From the NCBI RefSeq assembly GCF_009914755.1, contig NC_060939.1: 64,000 nt of DNA; one strand, written 5' to 3'. This DNA is from the human T2T-CHM13v2.0 reference genome, Homo sapiens. This document shows, in pieces, positions 1 to 17,150 of the stretch. The notes beneath the pieces are model-generated. The model was not told the DNA's origin. It saw only the letters and a list, made by a program, of their open reading frames with translations, and did not search any database. Position numbers and translations under genes: made by a program. Position 1 is the first letter of the stretch. The number at the start of each line of letters is the position of its first letter.

Positions 1-905
<905 letters not shown>

Positions 906-1588
906 ACATTTAAGGCTCTATCTTGGTTTCAAGACTTTTTTTTGGAGGCAATAATTCATTCAGTGCAGTAATTTAAATAGTGTGGATTTTAAGAATAACA
1001 GACTGAAGTCTGTATCAGTTCTTTTAAAGTGAGAGGATTCTTTTGGATTCTTTGAAATCACATAACATGTGTGACTAGGCTGCCTAGAGGTTGGGGCAGG
1101 CTTTGCATACATAGTACAAATGTAATTGTCCCTGAGCTATCATGCCTAGTAATCAAGAACAAGTGCTTTTCTGAGTTAAGAAACTTCACCTACGCTCCTT
1201 TAAGGCTGTCTTATAAATTAAAAAGTTAGATTTCTGTTTAGTAAGGCCATCAGTGAACCTCAGTCAGCAGAACAACTTCTAAAAACGTGACTGTGTGACT
1301 AGGGAGTTATCCTTCGATGCTATCAGCTTGATCTGGTATCTCCTAATTATGTCTCTCAATACATGCTATTGTCCTTGGAGAGCAATCAAATACCCTAACT
1401 GAAAAACCTCCCTTTTGAGGATGTGAAAGGCCAGAATGGATTAAAATATGTATAAATATATGTAACATTTCTTCTTTAAAGCAAATGACATACCAGCAGG
1501 GAGTTGATGAAAGCTGATTCTACAGAGATGAAACCAAGCCCCTTCATTTACCAAACTTAATTTTTTTTTCTAAGAATAATGTTGAAGC

Positions 1589-2486
1589 TCTTTGTAGATT
1601 CTGGATATTAGCCCTTTGTCAGATGGATAGATTGCAAAAATTTTCTCCCATTCTGTAGGTTGCCTGTTCACTCTGCTGATAGTTTCTTTTGCTGTGCAGA
1701 AGCTCTGTAGTTTAATTAGATCCCATTTGTCAATTTTGGCTTTTATTGCCATTGCTTTTGGTGTTTTTGTCATGAAGTCCTTGCCCATCCCTATGTCCTG
1801 AATAGTATTGCCTAGATTTTCTTCTAGGGTTTTTATGGTTTTAGGTCTTACATTTAAGTCTTTAATCCATCTTGAGTTAATTTTTGTATAAGGTGTAAGG
1901 AAGGGATCCAGTTTCAGCTTTCTGCATATGGCTAGCCAGTTTTCCCAGCACCATTTATTAAATAGGGAATCCTTTCCCCATTGCTTGTTTTTGTCAGGTT
2001 TGTCAAAGATCATATAAATCATTCTACTATAAAGACATGCACATGTATGTATATTGCAGCACTGTTCACAATAGCAAAGTCTTGGAACCAACCCAAATGC
2101 CCATCAATGATAGACTGGATAAAGAAAATGTGACACATACACACCATGGAATAATATGCAGCCACAAAAAAAGGATGAGCTCATGTCCTTTGCAGGGACA
2201 TGGACGAAGCTGGAAACCATCATTCTCAGCAAAGTAACATGAGAAGAGAAAACCAAATACTGCATGTTCTCACTCAAGTGGGAGCTGAATAATGAGAACA
2301 CATGGACACAGGGACACAGGGAGGGCCTGTTGGGGGGTGGGGGGCTGGAGGAGGGATAGCATTAGAAACACCTAATGTAAATGACGAGTTGATGGGTGCA
2401 GCAAACCAACATGGCACATGTATACCTATGTAACAAATGTGCACGTTGTGCACATGTACCCCAGAACTTAAAGTACAATAAAAAAA
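1589..2486 (+). mobile_element. 5'-truncated, 5'-inverted L1PA7/8-like element
   Basis: Antisense ORF2 piece 1589-2012 joined to sense ORF2 end/3'UTR 2013-2486 with polyA. Exact TSD aagaataatgttgaagc at 1572-1588 and 2487-2503. Confidence 0.93.
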
Positions 2487-2520
2487 AAGAATAATGTTGA
2501 AGCCTGAGGTTTATCAATAA

Positions 2521-2871
<351 letters not shown>

Positions 2872-3363
2872 GACACTCACTAAGTTTTTAACATGTTTTT
2901 AGGCTTTTTTTCTTTTGACCTTTTATAAATATTTTACGATTCCAAGCCTTTATCCCATAGTCCATTAGAAAATTTCCCCATATTCCTCGCAGGTGCGATA
3001 GCCACGCATTACTACATCTTATAGAGAACTGTCTTTGCAGATTTATTTCTCATTTAGTAATTCCATTGAAACTGGTTTCCATTATGATTGCTTTCTGGGT
3101 TGCAAATTATTTTAATCTTTGAAGTCTTTATTTACCATTGTGTTCCAGAAAATAAGAAGTTTGCCTTTATTATGAGGGAAAAAAACATTTTTATTCCTCC
3201 TTTGTCTTATTCTTTTTTTTGTTTTGGTTTAAAGTCTGCAAATGTGGATAACACAGAGAATACATCCATCTACAAAACCTCCATTCTGTGGACCCCACAC
3301 GTAATTTCTTGAGAAGAGATTATAAATTAGAAGTACAATCTCTATTTAGGAATGAAATATTTA

Positions 3364-3702
<339 letters not shown>

Positions 3703-3898
3703 CTAATGTGTCATGATGACGGACTTGCCACCCAGTGCCAGAAGTGTTAAAGGGAGAATTGGTAGCCATTTTAGTGTTTGCTAATGAAACTATTGTGCTC
3801 CCAGTTCCTCTCACTCGTTTGCCCACCTCCATCAAGATATATCATCAGTACATGCCAATAAAAGTGACTGCCAACAATGAGTCCTAAGAAGAGAAGCT

Positions 3899-4251
<353 letters not shown>

Positions 4252-4453
4252 CTACACGGGTATATTTGATAAAAGATAGATGGAAACATAGTTTCCAGAA
4301 TCAACCACAGAAGTCATTGGCCAATTTTCTATTGCTAGATTTTTTTAGTAGTCATCTTTTACTGCAATAGTCACAAGTTTGTTTTTCTTTTCCCTCATTA
4401 CAAGGCTGAAAATTGCAAAAGTTATACACTTATGCTATTAAGGAGGAGTGAGT

Positions 4454-4862
4454 CCAGTGGTATGCTTCATAATTATTTAACAATCAGCTTTCTGGAGAAA
4501 GAAAAGCTCTAATTTTTAGCCTTTGCTGCTTTCCTCAGTGTAAATATTATCATCAAGTCTGATTTTGAGTTCTCAATGTGACATCACTGAAGGGAGAATT
4601 GGGAAGAGATTCACAGCAGTATGCCGTTATATAATACTTCTACCATAGTGATTGGTTAGATGTAAATAACCTAAAGAGCATAGATAATATTAAATTAATT
4701 AAGATGTAATGAATTTTTATTACCTTTGTTTATAATATAATTTACTTACTTGTAGGTTTATATAACTGGTTTTAAAATAATGTCAGTCTCTAATAATCGA
4801 CTCTCAAAATTTAGTGGTTGGCTCTCTTGAGCCAGTATGAACCACCTCCAGCACACAACTGG
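4454..4862 (-). mobile_element. MER63-like (hAT-Blackjack) DNA transposon fossil
   Basis: Termini ccagtggtatgct ... agcacacaactgg form imperfect TIRs; subterminal ggctctcttgagccagtatgaacc resembles MER63. Confidence 0.7.
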
Positions 4863-5331
4863 TTCTGCCTTTCTCTGCTTCTTTGGTTTTACGACTTGAT
4901 TTTAGAAATGGTTTTAGTTGAAACCTAATAGTTGGGGTTTTCAGAAAAAAATTCTTTTATATATATATGTTTTACTATTTAGTGGAGAAAAATTTTTCTA
5001 TGGTTGAATTTATATTCATATTTAATCATTGAAGCAGGCAGATTTTATCATAAAGAACAAATTTAAAATTGGGATTCTTTGTTGTTAAAATTTAGTTTAT
5101 TTTTGTAACATAACTAAAATGCTTTCTTATTCCATTGTGGATTTTGAAAGAAAAATAATATACTATAAAAATGTAAGGCTTATATATCAAACTGTCTTCG
5201 ATTCAAATCCTGGCTCTGCTATTCACTAGCTGTGTGCATTTGAACAATTCAGTGAATTCTAAGAGACTCAGCTACTTTTCCTTAGAATGGAAATAAAAAC
5301 ACCCATTTCTGAGGTTGGGTAAATAATATCG

Positions 5332-5335
<4 letters not shown>

Positions 5336-5410
<75 letters not shown>

Positions 5411-5456
5411 ACACATATATATTATATATATACACATATATATAAATATATTTATA
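5336..5456. repeat. Compound (TA)n(CA)n microsatellite
   Basis: Directly visible dinucleotide runs. Confidence 0.97.
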
Positions 5457-5736
5457 TAAAATAAAGATAAGTTTCTCTCATGTATCAGACCCTTGGTGCA
5501 CCATCTCTGGAGTTACACCTTCCTATCAAATTCTTCTAGCTGCTTTGTCTCTTCACAGAAATAGTCAATGCACACTTGACATATCTATGTATATTCAGCA
5601 CCTTGTTTTTTCACATAATAAGTCTTAGAAATGGTTCCATTAAAGTGCATATAGAACTGCCTCATTCTTTTCCCAGCTGCTTACTCATTCTTTTGCCAAC
5701 ATTGATTTGACCTGTCTTCTGTTGACGAAAATTTAG

Positions 5737-6000
<264 letters not shown>

Positions 6001-6111
6001 AAACGTCTCTGTACACATATTGTAGTGCATAATATGTGTAGTAATATCAGTATAATAACTTTATAAAAGGGAAATTATTGAGTCAATAATTTCTTCATCA
6101 ATAATTTCTTA

Positions 6112-6471
<360 letters not shown>

Positions 6472-7420
6472 TTAAAGTGCTTAATACTGAGTTCAGCATC
6501 TAGTAAGCACTCAGTAAACATTAGGTATTATTAGCAGGGCACCTGTGGCTCTCAACCCAGACAAAGCAGGACCCATAGACTCAGGGTAGCTGTCAAACAA
6601 AGGGACACGTGTGCAGGCCATTCAGAGCCTGCACACTCTGGGGGAGGTGTACAGAACAACAACAAAGAGATCTAGGAGAATATGTCATTACACGATTTCA
6701 TTTCCTTTAAAGAATGACATGGATGTCATTAGAAATAGTCTGACTGGATCTGATTATTAGGTGCTAGGCTTAAATGTCAGATCACTCAGCCAATTGGTTG
6801 TTTTCGTTCTGCATGATACAACCAGTATGACTGAAGTTTTTCATTTTTCAGTTGATTACTTTGGCAAGTTTTAGACATTTTTATGTAAGCATTGAAGGCA
6901 AAAGAAGTTCAGGCCTTATTACTTAAGTTTATTCACTAATATTTACTGCTGAATTTAGGACATTAAACTACCTCCTCTGATGAGAAAGCCAATAGACTAG
7001 AAACTGGCTTATGATCACCAATATCAGGCCTCCATGCCTTTGGCATTAGGGCGGATGTATCAACTCTGCTATCTTGCTCATGCCAAAGCAGGGGCTTCAT
7101 AAATCCCACTTTTAATTCGATTTTCCCCCCTGTTTGTAACAAACAACGCTTTGTCTCTATATTAGAATAAATGCTTCTTCCCTGCTGAGTGCTTAAAGGC
7201 TCAACATTCAAGAAAGGAGACAGATTTATTCTAGCTTTTTATTTTCACATATTGGATTGCTTTCTTAGTATTTACTGAGCATTCAAAATGTGAAAAGTTC
7301 TGAAAACTAAGACACCTTGCTTCCTGTCCCTGGAGCTAATCATGAAAGAAAAAGAAACTATTGGGATTAATTAGCTATTTATTTACATTTAAAAGAAAGA
7401 ACGCTGCATGCTCTTCCTCT

Positions 7421-7717
7421 TTTTCTTTTTTTTTTTTTTTTTGAGACAGGGTCTCACTCCAACGCCCAGGCTGGAGTGCAACCGGTGCGATCTCAGCTCA
7501 CTGCAGCCTTGACCTCCCAGGCTCAAGAGATGCTCCCACTTCATCCTCCTGAACAGCTGGGACTGCAGGTGTGCACCATCAGGCCAAGCTAATTTGTTGC
7601 ATTTTTCTAGAAGCGGGCTTTTGCCATGTTGCCCAGGCTGGTCTCCAACTCCAGTGATCTGCCCACCTCAGCCTCCCAAAATGCTGGGACTACAGGTGTG
7701 ACCCACAGCACCCAGCC
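7421..7717 (-). mobile_element. AluJ
   Basis: J-type positions gacagggtctcact, gcagccttgacctcccagggctcaag, gttgcccaggctggtctc. Confidence 0.9.
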
Positions 7718-8522
7718 AGTGTTTCTTCCCTGCCCCCTAACCCCCCGAGAAAAGATAGTCAAAATATTTAACCTCCTTACCTATCATAATATCCATATTG
7801 AAGTTCTACAGTTACCCTGTGGTGAGCCTAGGTTGAAGCCAGGTATCTTTCTGGTTGTTTTGCCATGATGGGCATAAAGTATGTCCATTGTGCTAGCTAC
7901 TTTCAGGGAGCTTAACCAAATGTCAGAATCCAGATCCCACTGATAGTCCTGGATACTGAGCTGCTTCTGCTACTAGGCTATTTGAAACATTTTGTGAACA
8001 GTTTTGTTTTTAATAACCTGGATGCTAGTCAGTAAATGACAATGAAAATGGAAAGAAAGATTATTACCGGAAGGCAAGAGGAGCTTTAGGAAGAGGAGAG
8101 AAGGGTGTTTACCTGGGTGGGAGGCACAGCTGAACTGTACTGATATAATCTTTCCTCTCTTCTTACCCTGCCCAAATTTTCTTAAATCACTCTTCACTCT
8201 CCCATGGCTCCCATTCCCATAACCATGACCAAGAGTATTTCTTTCATCAAAGCTGATATCATTTATATAAAGAAGTACATGATTCAGAGTCCAAGGACCT
8301 TAACCCTTCAAAAGGACATTTGCATTCTCAAAAAAACGTTTGCTAATGCCTTTCCAATGGGTGTATTATGCTAGGGTATTTTAGGCTCAACTCTCTGATG
8401 CTTCCTGTCTATTCCACAGACTGTGCTGCTTGTTATTCCTCTTAAATTTTAAGTATTTAGGAGATTAAAAAAAGGAAATATCCACAGCATCACTACATTA
8501 AGGCCCTGACTTCCTGACTTCG

Positions 8523-8573
8523 GTGTGTGTGTGTATATGTGTGTGTGTGTATGTGTGTGTGTGTGTGTGTGTG
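8523..8573. repeat. (TG)n microsatellite with interruptions
   Basis: Directly visible. Confidence 0.95.
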
Positions 8574-8899
8574 ACAGTGGAATGAGGGGGCAAGGAGAGA
8601 GGTCTCATTAAAACCTGAGTTCCCGCCAACTGCCTGCCTAATGCTTCTTCCTCTCTGTTTCTCCTTTGTACTTTCCATTTTTCCACCTCTACTGACCCTT
8701 TCTTCTTTGCCTACAAACATGTTCCATGGATCTTCTAAGTAAAGTTTTTGTCCTTGTTTTCCCCCCGGAATTTCTAGAGCAAGTGGTCCCCACACCTTTC
8801 TTCCACCTCCTTCTCACCCCACCAACTTGCTCAGTTCTCACCCTTGCTGTCTGGCCTATGTTCTCACCACTCAACTTTCTGGCATAGCTAATAGACCAG

Positions 8900-10265
8900 T
8901 CCCACTGAAGCTCCCTGACCTTTTAGAATCTTCACTGTGGCAACCTACTACATCTTGACCTCTCTCCTCCCTGCCCACAGAAACTGCTCTTGCCTAAGAC
9001 ACTAATGATTCCTTTCCATTATATTCAATACAGGCTTCTCCACTGACCTCTTGGCAATGTTTACTACAGTTAACCCATTGTCCTAGTTGATACATTCCTT
9101 CTTTGTATTTTAGAACACAGACTGTCTTCTGGTTTCCCCCTACCTCTCTGGTAAAAGTGTCCCAGCCTTTGTTGTTGTCTCTTCCTTCTCATCCTATCCC
9201 TTAAATATGGATATTCTTCAGGGATATATCTTGGCACTTTCCTGTATTTGCCTGGGAATGTGTCTAGTAAGTACATACTCTTCTGAGGTTCCACTTTTCA
9301 TTTATATGATAATGCCTTCAAAATTTGTAGCCTCAGACTTGACCTCTCTTATACCCATCAAACACATATTCAACTGCCCACTGGACATCTCCCTTTAAAT
9401 ATAATCTCTAATTTAGCATCACAAGACCGGGTCTCTTCCTACAAATCAAATTAAACACACACCCATACACACACACAAACACTATTCCTAGCTACTTTTG
9501 TATTCGTTACTTAGTGAATGGTAACACCAACCACCTTGTAGCCAAGAAGAAACTAGATGTTTTTCTTGACCCTTCTCTCCCACTACCCCTACTCCACAAA
9601 AGAAATCATGAAGACTTGTACCTCTATCTTTTGAGTCAATTCATATTTCTCAGTCCACATTGATACTATTCAAGACCAGGTCTCCTGAATCTCACTGCCC
9701 TGTGTTTTTCCTCCTTCTTTCTATTCCTACATTGTTGCAGAGCAATTTTTACAAAATTAAACTAGGATAACACCAGTCAGCGACTTCCTATGATTCTCTG
9801 GATAGAGTCTACATTCCTTAATGTAACCTTAAGGCTCTGAATAATTGGCTTCATCTTTCCAGCCTTCTCTCTTACTATTTTTCATCTTCTATTTTCTGCC
9901 CATTTGTACCTTGCTGTCACTCTAAGCTGAGCTTCCACACTGCATGGGGATGCTCTTCCCAATTCACTGCCTCGATCTCCTGCCACTTAGAGGTCACTTG
10001 TCTCTGGGATCATTCCCTGACCCCACAGTGTAAGTAACATGTTCTGAAACTCCTCTGGATGCCATAACACCCTGTGTTTATCTCTCTTACCCCAAACAAT
10101 TATCAGTTTGCAGGAGACTGGTGGGTTCACCTGTCTGCATCACTCAGCAGACTGTAAGTGCTCTTAGATATCAGAAGCCATGAATCTTGTTTACCTTTGT
10201 AATCCCAGTACATCATACAATGCCTGGCACATAGTGGATTTTCTAAATAAATGACTTGCTAACAA
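8900..10265 (+). mobile_element. LINE-2 fragment(s)
   Basis: L2-like pyrimidine-rich body (attcaactgcccactggacatctccc) ending in the L2 3' terminus acaatgcctggcacatagtgg...aataaatg. Confidence 0.75.
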
Positions 10266-10279
10266 TTTGCTAAGTAAAG

Positions 10280-11255
10280 GACTCCCAATTCCATATCTTA
10301 GCCCTGGCCTATTTCCTGTAATTTAGCTGCCTGCTGAGCATTTCTAATTGTTTCTAGCTAGTACACTCCAAATGCACTCCAAAATAAACTCAACATTTTC
10401 CAAGACTCCAGACTTTCTTGTCTCTCCATGACAACATTATTATTCTAATCTCCTGGGCCTGAAATCCAGGCACCATCTCTGACTATTTTCTCCCTCTTGC
10501 CAGGCACATCCGACGAGTGGTCAAGTCTGTAGATTCTACTTTCAGAGTTTCTGCAAACTTTTTCTTTTTTTACTATTTCCACTTCTACAATCCTAATATA
10601 AGAGATTTGTTACATTTTGATTAGATGACTAGAAAAGTTAGTCTCATGGGTTTCAGCTTCCAATCTCCTTCTAATATATCCCATTATTTCTGAAAAATGC
10701 ATTTTCAATTATATCACTTCTTATGTTAAAAATCTTCAAAGATTCTTTACTCTCTATTTAGTTAAAAACCAAACACTCAGCCTAACATTTAAGGCTTTTC
10801 CTAATATGGCCCCAAGATGACTGTTCATTCTTATCTTTTACTATTTTTCTATAAGAATGGGATGCTTCAGTTAAACCACATTGTTCTACCAGCATGTTCT
10901 GCACTTTCCCACATGGACATGTTTGTCCTCCCTCTGCCCGATTAGTGGAATGCCCTTTTTCCATCCCCTTTCTCCATATGTTGAAATCCTCCCCACACAT
11001 CTAGGTTGAGCATAGAGTCCATGTCTACCATAAAGCCTTTCCTCATTTCACTTGATGAAATATGATCTCCTCCAGGGTTAAACCCCCAGAGCGCTTTGTT
11101 TCTCTTACATGGTACTCATCAGTACGAAATTTGTATTTGCCCCTTACTATAGTCATACAACTCTAATACTCTTTTTCTCTTCCTGAAAATCCACTGAAGT
11201 TAGGAGTGATAGCTTATTTTTTTATCAACTCACCCCGGCACCAGATATAACTCTG
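10280..11255 (+). mobile_element. Second LINE-2 fragment
   Basis: Degenerate L2 motifs (ccaggcaccatctctgac, aaaaatcttcaaagattc, aaacactcagcctaacatttaaggc). Confidence 0.6.
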
Positions 11256-13699
11256 TACATGGATGCACACACACATTACACACACACAACAATGTACAAG
11301 GCTCATGTACTCTCTATCATCATGAAGAAAAGAGAAACACCCATTGCTCTGCTCTTTTTTCTGCATCTATCATTCAGGAAACATACACTGAAATACTAAT
11401 CATGGCTATACTTTTTTTTATTCCTAGGGCATCTAAGATATATCTCATTCCTGCAGCTCATGATCTTTTTAAAACTATTTCAAACCAGAGGTGCTACTGG
11501 ACCAGCTGCTTGCTGTCCTGCGTATTTGGGAGACTCCCTTTATGGAACTGTACACAGACCAAAGTGGGTCTCTCCCAGGCATCACCTGCATCCCTGTGTT
11601 TCCCAAGGTCTTCAGACAGACCTTGCCAACTCCCGGGCAACTTTAGAAAGTGCTGTCCTTCTCAGGTAGGATTCATTTTCACATTTCCAGATTAAATCAC
11701 CAGTCCGTCTGGAACTTGAGATGAAGGGAGATCATTCTTAGGCTGAACAAAAGGGACTTCGTGCCTGACTTGTTCCCCAGGGTGAACAAACGCAGCCATG
11801 TTTACCCTCACCAGGGCACATTTGCAAGCTGAAAAAGACTGGGCATATTCATCCCTTTCCTGTTTAGAGTAATGGGGAGCCCAGCTGGGGTGGTTACCAG
11901 GTTCACAAAGAAACAGGCAAAATTTTGGCAAGTCACTGGGAGACCTAGCAACAAAATTCACTGCCCCCACCCCCTTTCCCATCCATCTGAAATACAGGTT
12001 GCCTCAAAGAAGCATGAAATCCCTGGGAACTTCTTGTGCCTTTTGAACAAATCAGCTCGATGAAGGGAGATGACTCAGTCTCCTTTGCCCCCGAAAGCAA
12101 GAGCCAACTCTGGCTACCAGCAGTCTTGGCTCCACAAAAGAACAATTTACCCTGGTTCCATCCCAGACTCCAGTCAGTCTCCCTGCAGCTTCAAGTGGCA
12201 TCAAAGAGGGTATGTATACTTTGTTTAATTATCACTTGCTCTTCTGGAAATACTTCTTTGATGGCCTGTGTGTAGAAATGTGCTAATTTACAAATGGATG
12301 CTTCCATTTGCCAAGTAGAACAGTTCAATGCAAATGAAAGAACTCTTCCTTTACATTTAGGAAACTTTTTTTTTATTTTTTCCAAGTGGGACAGATCACC
12401 TCTGCCCAATTATGAACTTGTTCTGCTGACTCTCAGCAATTCAAGACTGTTAATTAAATTGGAAACTGCTTCCTTTCTGTGGTGCAGTGGAAAGGATTTA
12501 TAAGACATACATGCCTTATATATATCTTATATATGGTGGGTTTTTTTTTTAAAGGAAAATGCGTCTGTTGAATCTTTGTATTGGTGTATAAACCAGTCCT
12601 GACTTGGCCTGGAGCAAGACTGCTGATGGCAAATTGAGACCTGGAGACACATCTCATTGCCTGATGGATGGGAGAAGCCACCCAGCCATGTTGCCTCATT
12701 TTTCTCAGGAGGAGGGAGGACTAGACTTCTGTTCAGAGGAAATAAAGCACAGGGTCAGAGGTCAGAGGGCATTAGTCTATAAAGTTTTATGACCTGTAGC
12801 TGACAGTTATTTCTCTTGGATAAAGGAACAAGAGGAAAAAAAGACAACTTGTACTTGTTCTCTTTCTCATTTCTTATCTCTCTCTGAATTTAATTTCCTT
12901 GTTGCATTCGATCCCAAAACATTGCTTTCTCAGCATTTCTATTATTTAGTCTTCACTATCTCATTCATTTTTACTACTGTTTGCTCCAGAATTCTATTTC
13001 CCTTTTCTCAGTCGTGTTATTACTGTTTTATTTGTTTCAGCCAGCTTGTCATCCTTCTCCAGGAACTTACTGTTAGCAAAGACTTGCTTACTGACAAATT
13101 CCTGCCTCCTTGAAGAAATGCTGAATTAAATTGTTGAGATAAATCCTTTATGTTCTTGTAAATTTTTTTCTATTATTAAGGTTATTTTCTTAATTTTATA
13201 TTTATTTTTGTATTTTTACATTTTATTTTGGGCCTTGGATGATGGGAAATAGACTGAAGGATAACGAACAATAGCTACACTATCTTTTTAAACATCTATT
13301 TTTAATGTTTTGCTCTCTATTTCATTAAAAATTATTGAATATTAGGCTTAATTTTACAGACTTCTCTGCAAGTTTAAAAATAAAATGAACCTCAGTACAT
13401 GCATCTATGTAATTTATTTGGAAGAAGATATTTCTGAACATTAATGGAAATATGTTCATTTTGGTTGTTTAAACCATACAAAGATTATGAATAAAATAAA
13501 GAGTAGATTATAGAATAATAGAACTCTACAGACCTCCTATGAACTTCAAAAGAAAATTAAAATAAAAAAATGAGTCTGGAATAGGAGTAATGGAGATCAG
13601 AGGCAGAGAGATTGTTATAGAATGAATTTGAGATGAATCATGTGGCCCTTCATGTCCATCAGAATCATCAATAACTGTCATTTTCTGCGTGATAGCTAG

Positions 13700-14240
13700 A
13701 ACGAAAGCTTCTTTAAGGTAGCTCTGTGTCTTGTGTGGAGCTCTATGTCTAGCCTCTAGCATAATTCCTGACACACAAGAAGTACTCATTAAATATGTGC
13801 CCTGTGAGTCAATGACTGAACACAATTATCAAAGACTTATGGTAATGGGATTCTGATTGCAGGAACCTCCTGTTCGCATATCTGTCCTCTATCACACTAT
13901 AGCCCACAGTGTAGTTCTGGTGGTTCTCTATGTGCACTGTGTTTTCTCACTTTAGGTTTCACCACTGTGCTGCCTGACTGGAGCAGACTCCACTCTCTAA
14001 CCACCTTTACTTCCTTGCTTCTTTCAGCATTACATTTAGATGACCCTCCTCAGGAGCTTGGTGAGGTGCTGCAACACATAACATGCATCCGACTCTACTG
14101 GAGTTGCATGTTTGACTTGCTAGACTAAAAGCATCTTGAAGGTAAAAAGAGTGTCTTACACAGCTCTGTACTCTCAATGCCTAGCCCAGAGCATGAGACA
14201 AAATAGAAGCTAACATACCTGTTGAATTAATAATGAATGA
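13700..14240 (+). mobile_element. L2 3'-end fragments
   Basis: cctgacacacaagaagtactcattaaatatg and aatgcctagcccagagcatg...gttgaattaataatgaatgaa. Confidence 0.55.
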
Positions 14241-16614
14241 AGGAGCAACAACAAAAACAGGAAGAAATGGAAAGGAGAGAGTAGCAGATAATGGCAAGAA
14301 CGGGTTGAAAAGCAGTCCTCTGCCTTTACCTTGAGAATACAAAGCACAGTCTTATACAACAATTAAATTGATTTTGATTCCAGTGCCCTCCTATGTGGAC
14401 CATCTGGTTAGATATTTGTTGTTCTGAGAGATTAAAGGTAAGGAATAAGTTGGGTAGTGCAGATTGTTCAGTTAAGAGTATAAATGACTGGAAGTGAGAG
14501 GTAGCATCATGTGTGGGCATTGTCCCAGCCAAAAAGTGGGGAGGGCACTATGGTGGATTCTCCCACTCTACCTGCTAGAACTTATGCCCCACTATCCCTT
14601 AATGCATTCCTTCTCATCTGGTTAAATCTACATGTTTACTGACTCTATAAAAATACCTTATTAATTTCTACTTTACCACCTTTTCTCAGTTTCCCTCTTT
14701 TCTGTTGTCTCTTCTCCCTCTTCTCACATACAAAAATATGATCCTTCAAAAATCAGTTCATATTTTTCTGCCCTCAGACTATTCTAAGAAGTGAAAATGA
14801 ATCTAAGCCTGCTATTTTCAGAACACCTGCAATATTGCCACCTACACTATACAACTGATAGATGACATAACTATGAATAACATTGTATTGCCCACTGCTT
14901 TAACCACTCAATTTGTCTCCCAACCAGACTATAAACTCTTTCAGTTCAGGTATTACACTTTGAACTTTTTATAATCCTTTAAAGCACTTGGCCTAATAAC
15001 ATGCTAGTTACCCCATGAATAATTGATTGAGAAATTGGGTTACTAGATAACTTATATATATGTAACATCATCCTCAGACAGCTCTCTGATTATCCTACCC
15101 AAATTTTTCTTTTGGAGCATCCTGATTTTATGATTTTATATGGATATATGTATGTAATCATAGAAATGGTTATAGTTACAGATGTAAATATAGAGAAGTA
15201 GAAAGAGTCCTTTCATTGTTTTATTGGACACTTCATATTCAAGAAATTCTTATGCTTGCAAGCTTCTTTTCTCTTATGTCTTTCTAAGAGGGCATGATAA
15301 ACAGTTGTTTACTGCCTTTTGAATAATGGACTGTCACAAATGCTACTTCTGGTTTCCTCCTTTCTTGGCTAAACAACCTTAGCCCCTTTAGACATTTAAA
15401 TGCCATGAGCAGATGCTCAATAATATTACTTGGTGGTTAGCCATAATTTATATTGCTTATTTATGGAAGTAGATGAAAACAGAAGTCTTATGTATTTTTA
15501 AACTTTTCTTTCACATATGGCGTACTTTACAGAGAGTGAGGATTTGGATGAATGGATAGATGAATGCAGCTAATATTATCATTTTGGTCTCATCTAAAAG
15601 CGGGGAAACATAGGAAACATTAGAAAGAAAGCTAAAATGCACAAGATGCTATTTTACTATTAACTCAGACTTTTCTTATGCCAGATGGTGTTGGAGGAAA
15701 GCTTTTGTTTTCTTGATGATAGGCATCTTCTTTTAATTTTGCCAACCAGACACAGTTCCTCTCTTTTCAGCATGCAGAGACACAGCAGCCATCTTTTATA
15801 CACCTCTTAGATACAGTAACTGGTTTGGCATTTCCTGGTGACTGTGAGTCTGACAATTGCTCAGAATTTCATCACTGCTTCAGTCATGTGTAGAAGATGC
15901 TCCCAGAGATAAGCATAAGACCCCCATCAGTAGAGTTATTTTAGGCTCAGCTTTACTTAAACAGCATCAAATTCTAATTGGGCCTACCAGACTTAATTTA
16001 AGGAGCTAGAGTGGACGAACAACGATGTACTGTGACATCCAAAATATCAACACAACGTTATATGTAATCACAAGTATGTATCTGTGTGTGTGTGTGCATG
16101 TGATGTATATGGTAGAGGGGAGGGCGATGTGGGTGCAGGTTGGTGGGCTGAAGACATCTTTAACCTTGCTTTTGTACTATATCAGATAGGTCTTGGTACT
16201 GCCCCTGAAGAAAGACCTGAGTATAAAAGGGAAGGGTAACTAAATAAGCAAAAGAGAAAGAGGTCACCATGCTAGTAAAACTAGATCTTGAGATGTTAGG
16301 AAACTGAGAGGTCAGTTAACACAACTTCTTACTTGATGGGGAATGCCATTTCATTGTCATCAGTGAATATCAACTATCCTTGAAAGTCTATATTAAAAGA
16401 TTATTATTTATTTTGCAAACACAAAGACAGAGAAAGAAGAATTGAAACTATTAATTTTCAGTTAACAGTTGGGAAGGCTAAAGATAGGGTAAGCATGGAT
16501 TTAGTCACCTATTAGCAGAAAGTCAGGCTTAAAGGCACTTCTTGAAGCTGAGAGGTGGGTTTGTGCTTGTGGCATTTAGCTTGGCAGGATAGAATGTAAA
16601 TTACACCTCTTTTC

Positions 16615-16760
16615 CTAAGAGCTGGATTCTAGCACAGTCTCCATCATTAGCTAGCTATGTAGCACTGAGCTATACACATGACTTCTTACCTGTAAAATGA
16701 TCGGGTAGGATTAAATGATGATTCCTAAGTTCTTTTCCAGCAAGAAATTATGTGATCCTA
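16615..16760 (+). mobile_element. MIR
   Basis: ctggattctagc...ctagctatgt...cctgtaaaatga...ttaaatgatg...aagttcttttccagc. Confidence 0.6.
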
Positions 16761-17004
16761 AAGCAAATATTTACTTCTAACAGTAGATCAACTGTAGTAC
16801 TGACATGAATCTCAAGTTTTCTATCACATTCTCCTCTACTGAAAATTATATCATCATTGTGTCTGCCTCATAGGCTTGCTCCATATCTTTTTTCTCTGAG
16901 CCCTACATTTTTCTTTATAAGATTATCTTGCTTCCAGTTTCCTCCCACAGACTCAGTGTTGGATTAGAGAGGTATTAGTGATCACGAGGATGATTCTAAG
17001 GCTA

Positions 17005-17150
17005 TTATGTATCTTATCCAGATTGTATACTGCACAAGGGTACCCAACTGAAGGAGCAAGTGGGAGCTGCAAGCAGGGTGCCTTGGGTAGATGCATCCAC
17101 CTGAAGGCAGGCATGCTATTGCTAATCCCACTCTAGGGTATTGGCTTAGG
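17005..17150 (+). mobile_element. MER91A-like hAT fossil
   Basis: ttgtatactgcacaagggtacccaactgaaggagcaagtgggagctg resembles the MER91A consensus. Confidence 0.5.

Noticed and set aside
16680-16700. Minus-strand ttttacAG|GTAAGA, resembling a recursive splice site
   Set aside because: Lies in a MIR, whose consensus is close to this motif already; the pyrimidine tract is short.
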